Shown: piece after piece, positions 44,037 through 55,800 of the stretch
Position numbering within the stretch: position 1 is the first letter of the stretch
Layout of the letters: each line of letters opens with the position of its first letter
Assembly: GCA_030141605.1 (NCBI GenBank)
Contig: JAQGDQ010000475.1
Span: forward strand, 110,159 to 174,158
From: Tubiluchus corallicola
Lineage: Eukaryota; Animalia; Priapulida
DNA: 64,000 bases
Direction of reading: 5' to 3'
Program-made: the position numbers and the translations under genes
The notes under the pieces: model-generated
Told to the model about the DNA's origin: nothing
The model's database searches: none
The model's input: the letters and a program-made list of their open reading frames with translations, nothing else

Positions 44037-47000
44037 TCAACCTTTTTCAGGATAAGGGACTTCCCGTTTTCCCCACAGAAGAACTTTTGCCACTGTGATG
44101 CCGATTATTAATAAAATGATTGCAATTATTAATAATACGAATGCTACCCATTTTCCCACATTATTCGAGTCCTCTTCGCGTTTGCGTAATAGGAGTATTT
44201 TGTCCATGTATTCAGCTGTTACCATTACCGTGTTGTCATCTGTATCGCATTCATTAACCTGAAAACGAAATGGCTTTATTAATGTCTTTAACATGATAAA
44301 AATTTATATTAATTATGGTCGTATGATCAAAAGCTTTCATGTAAAGTTAAATATGTTAATGCGATTGGCTATGTGCTTATTCTAAACAATCGTTCTTTTC
44401 AACAAGTCCACAATGGGCATGGCAAACTATCAAGACTTTATATAATAAACTACACATTTGTTAAACAACAAACACAATACGGTAAATATAAGAGGATAGT
44501 AATGCTTCCGTCTTCGAGTCAGTTCCTAACGCTTCTGCGCATAAGGATTACATCATCAATCTTTACTTCTGAGTCAGCTGGTCACGTGATGCCACACCTA
44601 ACTAGGCTTCTAGCCACGACGATAGTTTAATCTTGCATCGTCAAGCATTGAATCTTGAATTATTAATTTAATAATTTAATCGCCAATTTAAACAAAATTA
44701 TTATTTAACACAGCTTTTCTATACTCTATGTACTTATTCTAAACAATCGTTCATTTCAAAAATTCCTGTCTAATGCACCTATATATATATATATATATAT
44801 ACATTGATACGGGGGCGAATTGTCTTTGATTTTCGACCCCCTCCCTTCTACATTGTGATGGTTTGGTCCATTACGAAGCCATTACATAGCAGCATTCCAT
44901 ACCAGCTATAATGGCCTCGTCGGTTCAGTCAGCAGACGGGCAGGTGCGTTTACAACTTCAGCACCTGTTCCATAGTCGTGATCAACATGAAGAACGCAGG
45001 AAAAGATTCTGGCTAGTTTTCATCTTAATTTTTTTTGTTTACATTTTTAATTTTCTTTTCTATTTTCACATGTACAACATTTGATCCAGATTTGAACCCG
45101 CGACCTCTTGTCCACCTCCACAACAATATATATGCCTAGTGCACTAAGTAATTAATGCGATTTGTATGAAATCTCATCATTTTTCATAATTTTAATGTAA
45201 AAACAGACGCATCTCATCCTGGATAGCATCAGAATTACATAACTGACATAATCGTTCATTAAACAGGACACTTTCATAATTTCAATGTAACAGCAGATGC
45301 ATCTCACCCAGGATAGCATCAGAATTACATAACTGACATAATCGTTCATTAAATGGGACACTTTCATAATTTCAATGTAACAACAGATGCATCTCACCCA
45401 GGATAGCATCAGAATTACATAACTGACACAATCGTTCATTAAATGGGACACTTTCAGTTTCATAATTTCAATGTAACAGCAGATGCATCTCACCCAGGAT
45501 AGCATCAGAATTACATAACTGACACAATCGTTCATTAAATGGGACACTTTCAGTTTCATAATTTCAATGTAACAGCAGATGCATCTCACCCAGGATAGCA
45601 TCAGAATTACATAACTGACACAATCGTTCATTAAATGGGACGCTTTCATAATTTCAATGTAACAACAGATGCATCTCACCCAGGATAGCATCAGAATTAC
45701 ATAACTGACACAATCGTTCATTAAATGGGACACTTTCAGTTTCATAATTTCAATGTAACAGCAGATGCATCTCACCCAGGATAGCATCAGAATTACATAA
45801 CTGACACAATCGTTCATTAAATGGGACACTTTCAGTTTCATAATTTAAATGTAAAAACAGATGCATCTCACCCAGGATAGCATCAGAATTACATAACTGA
45901 CATAATCGTTCATTAAATGGGACACTTTCATAATTTCAATGTAAAAACAGATGCATCTCACCCAGGATAGCATCAGAATTACATAACTGACACAATCGTT
46001 CATTAAATGGGACACTTTCATAATTTCAATGTAACAACAGATGCATCTCACCCAGGATAGCATCAGAATTACATAACTGACACAATCGTTCATTAAATGG
46101 GACACTTTCAGTTTCATAATTTCAATGTAACAGCAGATGCATCTCACCCAGGATAGCATCAGAATTACATAACTGACACAATCGTTCATTAAATGGGACA
46201 CTTTCATAATTTCAATGTAACAGCAGATGCATCTCACCCAGGATAGCATCAGAATTACATAACTGACACAATCGTTCATTAAATGGGACACTTTCAGTTT
46301 CATAATTTCAATGTAACAGCAGATGCATCTCACCCAGGATAGCATCAGAATTACATAACTGACACAATCGTTCATTAAATGGGACACTTTCAGTTTCATA
46401 ATTTAAATGTAAAAACAGATGCATCTCACCCAGGATAGCATCAGAATTACATAACTGACATAATCGTTCATTAAATGGGACACTTTCATAATTACTAATA
46501 AATTCATAAATCTAATTACGTAAAGTGAGGATTTGCAATTTTTCGAACAAATAAGCTGTCCATGGTATCAACATCGCGATTTGTGAATGAATGTAAGTAG
46601 GTTAACTCCTTCAGGACCGTAAGCATTTGCTGCATTTTGCATGAGTTCATGAAAAACTGCTCTCACTAAGCAGCGATTACATTATGTATGATAAGTGCAT
46701 TTAAAAAGTTGATTTTGTTGGAATAGTATACAGAAAAGAAAAACGCCCGACGCAAGTTAATTTTCCAAGAAAAACGCCACACGCAGCGCCATCTGCCGAA
46801 AGTTTGCGACAAAGAAAGGTGAAGTTTGTGAGAAACTCAAGGTGGCGCCACCAGGTGCCACAAACTTTAGCTACGCCATTGCATTGCAGCTTTTTTACAT
46901 TGCCAGTGTTACCGAATCTCTCCCTGGGTTTGGCAAAGGTGCATTCGATTGTTGAGTTGGCGTGGCATACGATGGTTGAGTCGGTGTAACATACGGTGTT

Positions 47001-47791
47001 TGAGTTGATGCATACGGTGTTTGAGCTGGTGCATACGTTGGTTGAGCTGGTGCATACGTTGGTTGACCTGCTGCATACTTCCTGGCTGTTGAAAACAAGG
47101 ATGGTCATTATTAAATAAACTGGTTGGGAAATATTTAAAATACCTAATTTTTTAACAGCACACACACGCACGCACGCACGCACACGCACGCACACTATAA
47201 TTATGGAGTTGTTGTGCCAAAATTAGAACCAAGTCCCTCGTAAACACACTAATGTTAGGCGATGTAACAAAACAAAATTATTGCACGTTCTAACATTCTT
47301 TTAACGAGATTTAATTATTTAAAAGTAATTAAATTAAAAACAATTGTAAACGTGCATACATATACATCGCGATGATTTCTTTGTATTTCAAGACAAATAT
47401 CATTATAATGTTCCGGTGTTGGACCCGGTAGATAGCCTTACGACCCGCCATCGGTGATGCGGGTAAGCTCTGCATAAAGGACACTCCAGAAATTTAAAAA
47501 AAAGAAACGACAAAAAACAAAACTTAGAATTCAAAAGGGACGGCTGAGAAGAACAACACAATAGAAAGAAAAACAAAACCTGATGACAATGCTTCAAACC
47601 TTACGGAATCCACGACACTCGACAGGCAGACAGGAGAATTGCATTCCACGACAACCAGAAGACAACTGACGATGTCACGTGTTCGTTCTTTCCACAGGAA
47701 ACCACTGCTCAACGAATGGCAGGTAATGTTATGGGCTTCCTAGTTTAAAGTGGAGGTCATAACATTACCTGTAGGTTGGTTGGCCTGGTGC
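44037..47791 (-). CDS. Uncharacterised Pro/Tyr/Gln-rich protein with a C-terminal transmembrane helix, 5'-partial; exons 47791-47769 (tentative microexon), 47081-46913, 44258-44037
   Basis: Spliced APGQPTYR|KYAAGQPTYAPAQPTYAPAQTPYASTQTPYVTPTQPSYATPTQQSNAPLPNPGRDS|VNECDTDD...KWVAFVLLIIAIILLIIGITVAKVLLWGKREVPYPEKG*. GT-AG junctions are in phase. No start exon was found. Confidence 0.6.
45180..46492. repeat. 87/93-bp minisatellite, ~15 copies, with an optional 6-bp TTTCAG insertion
   Basis: Unit TTTCATAATTTCAATGTAACAGCAGATGCATCTCACCCAGGATAGCATCAGAATTACATAACTGACACAATCGTTCATTAAATGGGACAC. Confidence 0.96.
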
Positions 47792-48034
47792 CTATGAATA
47801 GAAATGTTCAATGCACTTTCCCCTGTTCAATATCATTCATAATTACCTGCACCCCAGTATTTAATAAAATCCGATCACAATGACATATTAGTTGCTTGAT
47901 AGTGATTAACATGATCATTGTTTTCTTTTGACTTCTTTCTTTCCACTAACTGCAACGTGGCTCTTCTTTATTCTCCTCTTCTCTCATCATCTTTATTCTT
48001 CATATCACATTTCATGGTGGCTTATATATATATG

Positions 48035-49532
48035 GCGCCACCACTACCACTAGCAGCAGCAACAGCAGTACAAGCAGCGCCACCGCCACCACTAGCAGCA
48101 GCAACAGCAGTAGTCAGTGGTAGTAGCTGTCGTAGTCGTAGTTTTAGCGGCAGCAACAGAAGCAGCGCCACCACCACCACTAGCAGCAGCAACAGCAGTA
48201 GTCAGTGGTAGTAGCAGTTGTAGTCGTAGTTTTAGCGGCAGCAGCAGAAGCAGCACCGCCACCACCACCACTAGCAGCAGCAACAGCCGTAGTCAGTGGT
48301 AGTAGCTGTCGTAGTCGTAGTTTTAGCAGCAGCAGTAGAAGCAGCGCCACCACCACCACTAGCAGCAGCAACAGCAGTAGTCAGTGGTAGTAGCAATCGT
48401 AGTCGTAGTTTTAGCAGCAGCAGTAGAAGCAGCGCCACCACCACCACTAGCAGCAGCAACAGCAGTAGTCAGTGGTAGTAGCAGTCGTAGTCGTAGTATT
48501 AGCGACAGCAGCAGTAGCAGCGCCACCACCACCACTAGCAGCAGCAACAGCAGTAGTCAGTGGTAGTAGCAGTCGTAGTCGTAGTTTTAGCGGCAGCAGC
48601 AGAAGCAGCGCCACCGCCACCACTAGCAACAGCAACAGCAGTAGTCAGTGGTAGTAGCAGTCGTAGTTTTAGTGTCAGCAGCAGAAGCAGCGCCACCACC
48701 ACCACTAACAGCAGCAACAGCAGTAGTCAGTGGTAGTAGCTGTTGTAGTCGTAGTTTTAGCGGCAGCAGCAGAAGCAGCGCCACCACCACCACTAGCAGC
48801 AGCAACAGCAGTAGTCAGTGGTAGTAGCAGTCGTAGTCGTAGTTTTACTGTCAGCAGCAGAAGCAGCGCCACCACCACCACTAACAGCAGCAACAGCAGT
48901 AGTCAGTGGTAGTAGCTGTTGTAGTCGTAGTTTTAGCGGCAGCAGCAGAAGCAGCGCCACCACCACCACTAGCAGCAGCAACAGCAGTAGTCAGTGGTAG
49001 TAGCAGTCGTAGTCGTAGTTTTACTGTCAGCAGCAGAAGCAGCGCCACCACCACCACTAACAGCAGCAACAGCAGTAGTCAGTGGTAGTAGCTGTTGTAG
49101 TCGTAGTTTTAGCGGCAGCAGCAGAAGCAGCGCCACCACCACCACTAGCAGCAGCAACAGCAGTAGTCAGTGGTAGTAGCAGTCGTAGTCGTAGTTTTAC
49201 TGTCAGCAGCAGAAGCAGCGCCACCACCACCACTAACAGCAGCAACAGCAGTAGTCAGTGGTAGTAGCTGTTGTAGTCGTAGTTTTAGCGGCAGCAGCAG
49301 AAGCAGCGCCACCACCACCACTAGCAGCAGCAACAGCAGTAGTCAGTGGTAGTAGCTGTCGTAGTCGTAGTTTTAGCGGTAGCAGCAGAAGCAGCGCCAC
49401 CACCACCACCACTAGCAGCAGCAACAGCAGTAGTCAGTGGTAGTAGCAATCGTAGTCGTAGTTTTACTGTCAGCAGCAGAAGCAGCGCCACCACCACCAC
49501 TAACAGCAGCAACAGCAGTAGTCAGTGGTAGT
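48035..49532. repeat. 88-bp minisatellite built from trinucleotide runs, ~17 copies, with A/B alternation in the middle
   Basis: GCGCCACCACCACCACTAGCAGCAGCAACAGCAGTAGTCAGTGGTAGTAG... recurs every 88 bp. Confidence 0.96.
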
Positions 49533-49843
49533 TATGCAAAGTAGTAAGTTAGTCAGTCAGTCAGTCAGTCAGTTAGTTAGTTGGTTAGTTAGTTAATTTT
49601 ATTGACCACATGCTAGTAGGTGATACTAGTGTATGCACATGTATGTTGTGCAAAGTAGTAAGTTAGTCAGTCAGTCAGTTAGTTAGTTGGTTAGTTAGTT
49701 AATTTTATTAACCACATACTAGTAGGTGATAGTAGTGTATGCACATGTATGTTATGCAAAGTAGTAAGTTAGTCACTTAGTCAGTTAGTTAGTTGATTTT
49801 ATTGACTACATGCTAGTAGGTGATACTAGTGTATGCACATGTA
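49533..49843. repeat. Three ~100-bp units containing (AGTC/AGTT)n, at the satellite boundary
   Basis: TGCAAAGTAGTAAGTTAGTCA...CTAGTAGGTGATA.TAGTGTATGCACATGTA x3. Confidence 0.9.
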
Positions 49844-49857
49844 ATACAAGAATGTCA

Positions 49858-52800
49858 AGGACAATGTCAGCCATCTACAGAAGACGCCTACAAGCAATCT
49901 GAAACACTCTGCTTAACAATCTAGTCAGAGGGCATCCAGATCCCATCACATTCAACTCTTAGGATCTACAGACAACCTAAGACGTCTAATCAGAGCTCGC
50001 CCAGAACAATCTCAAACATCTGCACAGGTAAAGTCGACAGAGAAATCTCAAATATCTAATCACAAGACTTGCGCAAGCAGGGCAATGTTAAGCACCCTGA
50101 ATAGAGGCATACACAGTCAGCCTCAATTAGCTTGTCAGAACGCACGCACGGCCAAACGCAAGCACCTTGTAGGAAAAGTGCTATTGTCAATCTCAGGTAC
50201 CTGATCAAAAGAAGTCTGCGGGGAAGCAATTATATAGTAAGGTTACATGGATTCAGGCAAGCTTGGTAAAAAGACACCTACAAGCAATCAAACATACTAA
50301 TACCTCAGGTCTGAAGACACCTTCATCCATTCCAAAACATCTAGTTAAAACGTAAAGACAAACTTAAACGTCTCATCTGATCTCAACTAGTTAAACTGAA
50401 AAATCTGGACAGATGCAGTCTACTGCTAGGTTCAGTCATCTGGTCAAAAGACTTCTACCGGCAATTTTAAGCATCTCAATAGAGACATTGCGTAGATAAC
50501 CTAAATTAGCTTATCAGAAGGGACGCACGGCTAAATGCAAGCACGTGGCAGGAAAAGTTCAATTCCCAATCTCATGTACTTCTGGTCAGAAAGAATCTAC
50601 AACCATCTTCACCGCCTGATGAGAAGACATCTACTGATTCATCTACAACCATCTAGCAAGAGAACGCCTACGGACAATGTCAGCCATCTACAGAAGACGC
50701 CTACAAGCAATCTGAAACACTCTGCTTAACAATCTAGTCAGAGGGCATCCAGATCCCATCACATTCAACTCTTAGGATCTACAGACAACCTAAGACGTCT
50801 AATCAGAGCTCGCCCAGAACAATCTCAAACATCTGCACAGGTAAAGTCGACAGAGAAATCTCAAATATCTAATCACAAGACTTGCGCAAGCAGGGCAATG
50901 TTAAGCACCCTGAATAGAGGCATACACAGTCAGCCTCAATTAGCTTGTCAGAACGCACGCACGGCCAAACGCAAGCACCTTGTAGGAAAAGTGCTATTGT
51001 CAATCTCAGGTACCTGATCAAAAGAAATCTGCAGGGAACTAATTATATAGTAAGGTGACATTGATTCACCCAAGCTTGGTAAAACGGCACCTACACGTAA
51101 TCTAAAACATTCACTGATACCACAGGTCTGAAGACACCTTTATCCATTCCAAAACATCTAGTTAAAACGTAAAGACAAACTTAAACGTCTCATCTGAACT
51201 CAACTAGTCAAACTGAAAAATCTGGACAGATGCAGTCTACTGTTAGGTTCAGGCATCTGGTCAAAAGACTTCTACCGGCAATTTTAAGCATCTCAATAGA
51301 GACATTGCGCAGATAACCTAAATTAGCTTATCAGAAGGCACGCACGGCTAAACGCAAACACCTGGCAGGAAAAGTTCAATTTTCAATTTCATATGCCTGA
51401 TCAAAAGAAATCTGCGGGATTCCAAAACATCTAGTTAAAACCTAAAGACAAAATTAAACGTCTCATCTGAACTCAACTAGTCAAACTGAAAAATCTGGGC
51501 AGATGCAGTCTACTGCTAGGTTCACGCATCTAGTCAAAAGACTTCTACCGGCAATTTTAAGCATCTCAATAGAGACATTGCGCAGATAACCTTGTAGGAA
51601 AAGTTCTATTGTCAATCTTAGGTACCTACTCAAAAGAAATCTACAGGGAACTCATTATATAGTAAGGTGACATTGATTCACCCAAGCTTGGTAAAACGGC
51701 ACCTACACGTAATCTAAAACATTCACTGATACCACAGGTCTGAAGACACCTTCATCCATTCCAAAACATCTAGTTAAAACGTAAAGACAAACTTAAACGT
51801 CTCATCTGAACTCAACTAGTCAAACTGAAAAATCTGGGCAGATGCAGTCTACTGCTAGGTTCACTCATCTGGTCAAAAGACTTCTACCGGCAATTTTAAG
51901 CATCTCAATAGAGACATTGCGTAGATAACCTAAATTAGCTTATCAGAAGGGACGCACGGCTAAATGCAAGCACGTGGCAGGAAAAGTTCAATTCCCAATC
52001 TCATGTACTTCTGGTCAGAAAGAATCTACAACCATCTTCACCGCCTGATGAGAAGACATCTACTGATTCATCTACAACCATCTAGCAAGAGAACGCCTAC
52101 GGACAATGTCAGCCACCTACAGAAGACGCCTACAAGCAATCTGAAACACTCTGCATAACAATCTAGTCAGAGGGCATCCAGATCCCATCACATTCAACTC
52201 TTAGGATCTGCAGACAACCTAAGACGTCTAATCAAAGCTCGTCTAGAACAATCTCAAACATCTGCACAGGTGAAGTCGACAGCCAATCTCAAGTATCTAA
52301 TCAGAAGACTTCCACAAGCAGCACAATGTTAAGCACCTGAATACAGGCATACACAGACAGCCTCAATTAGCTTGTCAGCACGCACGCACGGCCAAACGCA
52401 AGCACCTTGTAGGAAAAGTGCTATTGCCAATCTCAGGTACCTGATCAAAAGAAATCTGCAGGGAACTAATTATATAGTAAGGTGACATTGATTCACCCAA
52501 GCTTGGTAAAACGGCACCTACACGTAATCTAAAACATTCACTGATACCACAGGTCTGAAGACACCTTCATTCATTCCAAAACATCTAGTTAAAACCTAAA
52601 GACAAAATTAAACGTCTCATCTGAACTCAACTAGTCAAACTGAAAAATCTGGGCATATGCAGTCTACTGCTAGGTTCACTCATCTAGTCAAAAGACTTCT
52701 ACCGGCAATTTTAAGCATCTCAATAGAGACATTGCGCAGATAACCTTGTAGGAAAAGTTCTATTGTCAATCTTAGGTACCTACTCAAAAGAAATCTACAG

Positions 52801-55800
52801 GGAACTCATTATATAGTAAGGTGACATTGATTCACCCAAGCTTGGTAAAACGGCACCTACACGTAATCTAAAACATTCACTGATACCAGAGGTCTGAAGA
52901 CACCTTCATCAATTCCAAAACATCTAGTTAAAACGTAAAGACAAACTTAAACGTCTCATCTGAACTAAACTAGTCAAACTGAAAAATCTGGACAGATGCA
53001 GTCTACTGTTAGGTTCAGGCATCTGGTCAAAAGACTTCTACCGGCAATTTTAAGCATCTCAATAGAGACATTGCGCAGATAACCTAATTTAGCTTATCAG
53101 AAGGCACGCACGGCTAAACGCAAACACCTGGCAGGAAAAGTTCAATTTTCAATTTCATATGCCTGATCAAAAGAAATCTGCGGGGAAGCAATTATATAGT
53201 AAGGTGACATTGATTCACCCAAGCTTGGTAAAACGGCACCTACACGTAATCTAAAACATTCACTGATACCACAGGTCTGAAGACACCTTCATCCATTCCA
53301 AAACATCTAGTTAAAACGTAAAGACAAACTTAAACGTCTCATCTGAACTCAACTAGTCAAACTGAAAAATCTGGACTTATGCAGTCTACTGCTAGGTTCA
53401 GGCATCTGGTCAAAAGACTTCTACCGGCAATTTTAAGCATCTCAATAGAGACATTGCGCAGATAACCTTGTAGGAAAAGTTCTATTGTCAATCTTAGGTA
53501 CCTACTCAAAAGAAATATACAGGGAACTCATTATATAGTAAGGTGACATTGATTCACCCAAGCTTGGTAAAACGGCACCTACACGTAATCTAAAACATTC
53601 ACTGATACCACAGGTCTGAAGACACCTTCATCAATTCCAAAACATCTAGTTAAAACGTAAAGACAAACTTAAACGTCTCATCTGAACTCAACTAGTCAAA
53701 CTGAAAAATCTGGACAGATGCAGTCTACTGTTAGGTTCAGGCATCTGGTCAAAAGACTTCTACCGGCAATTTTAAGCATCTCAATAGAGAACTTGCGCAG
53801 ATAACCTAAATTAGCTTATCAGAAGGCACGCACGGCTAAACGCAAGCACCTGACAGGAAAAGTTCAATTCCCAATCTCATGTACTTCTGGTCAGAGAGAA
53901 ACTACAACCGTTTTCACCACCCGATGAGAAGACATCTACTGGCAAATCTACAAGCATCTAGCAAGAGAACGCCTGCGGACTATCTCAGCCATCTACAGAA
54001 GACGCCTACAAGCAATCTGAAACACTCTGCTTAACAATCTAGTCAGAGGGCATCCAGATCCAATCACATTCAACTCTTAGGATCTACAGACAACCTAAGA
54101 CGTCTAATCAGAGCTCGCCCAGAACAATCTCAAACATCTGCACAGGTAAAGTCGACAGAGAAATCTCAAATATCTAATCACAAGACTTGCGCAAGCAGGG
54201 CAATGTTAAGCACCCTGAATAGAGGCATTGCGCAGATAACCTAAATTAGCTTATCAGAAGGCACGCACGGCTAAACGCAAACACCTGGCAGGAAAAGTTC
54301 AATTTTCAATTTCATATGCCTGATCAAAAGAAATCTGCGGGGAAGCAATTATATAGTAAGGTTACATGGATTCGGGCAAGCTTGGTAAAAAGTCACCTAC
54401 ACGCAATCTAGAACATTTACTGATACCACAGGTCTGAAGACACCTTCATCCATTCCAAAACATCTAGTTAAAACGTAAAGACAAACTTAAACGTCTCATC
54501 TGAACTCAACTAGTCAAACTGAAAAATCTGGACAGATGCAGTCTACTGCTAGGTTCAGGCATCTGGTCAAAAGACTTCTACCGGCAATTTTAATCATCTC
54601 AATAGAGACATTGCGCAGATAACCTAAATTAGCTAATCAGTAGGCACGCACGGCTAAACGCAAACACCTGGCAGGAAAAGTTCAATTTTCAATTTCATAT
54701 GCCTGATCAAAAGAAATCTGCGGGGAAGCAATTATATAGTAAGGTGACATTGATTCACCCAAGCTTGGTAAAACGGCACCTACACGTAATCTAAAACATT
54801 CACTGATACCACAGGTCTGAAGACACCTTCATCCATTCCAAAACATCTAGTTAAAACGTAAAGACAAACTTAAACGTCTCATCTGAACTCAACTAGTCAA
54901 ACTGAAAAATCTGGACAGATGCAGTCTACTGCTAGGTTCAGGCATCTGGTCAAAAGACTTCTACCGGCAATTTTAATCATCTCAATAGAGACATTGCGCA
55001 GATAACCTAAATTAGCTAATCAGTAGGCACGCACGGCTAAACGCAAGCACCTGACAGGAAAAGTTCAATTCCCAATCCCATGTACTTCTGGTCAGAAAGA
55101 AACTACAACCGTTTTCACCACCTGATGAGAAGACATCTACTGGCAAATCTACAAGCATCTAGCAAGAAAACGCCTTCGGACTATCTCAGCCATCTACAGA
55201 AGACGCCTACAAGCAATCTGAAACACTCTGCTTAACAATCTAGTCAGAGGGCATCCAGATCCAATCACATTCAACTCTTAGGATCTACAGACAACCTAAG
55301 ACGTCTAATCAGAGCTCGCCCAGAACAATCACAAACATCTGCACAGGTAAAGTCGACAGAGAAATCTCTAATATCTAATCACAAGACTTGCGCAAGCAGG
55401 GCAATGTTAAGCACCCTGAATAGAGGCATACACAGTCAGCCTCAATTAGCTTGTCAGCACGCACGCACAGCCAAACGCAAGCGCCTTGTAGGAAAAGTGC
55501 TATTGTCAATCTCAGGTATTTGATCAAATGAAGTCTGCAGGGAAGCAATTATATAGTAAGGTTACATGGATTCAGGCAAGTTTGGTAAAAGACATCTACA
55601 AGCAATCTACTAATACCTCAGTTCTGAAGACACCTTCATCCATTCCAAAACATCTAGTTAAAACCTAAAGACAAACTTAAACGTCTCATCTGAACTCAAC
55701 TAGTCAAACTGAAAAATCTGGACAGATGCAGTCTACTGTTAGGTTCAGGCATCTGGTCAAAAGACTTCTACCGGCAATTTTAAGCATCTCAATAGAGAAC

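Noticed and set aside
45152-46399. Minus-strand 29/31-aa repeat ORFs that look membrane-like
   Set aside because: The unit length is a multiple of three with no synonymous bias. Stops occur in some copies, and the array lies in an intron of the minus-strand gene.
47965-48032. Minus-strand GCCACCATG as the start of the membrane-protein gene
   Set aside because: The frame MKCDMKNKDDERRGE stops after 15 codons, and I could not find a convincing in-phase donor.
48092-49531. Dozens of ~60-aa ORFs on both strands
   Set aside because: Artefacts of the 88-bp trinucleotide-rich minisatellite.
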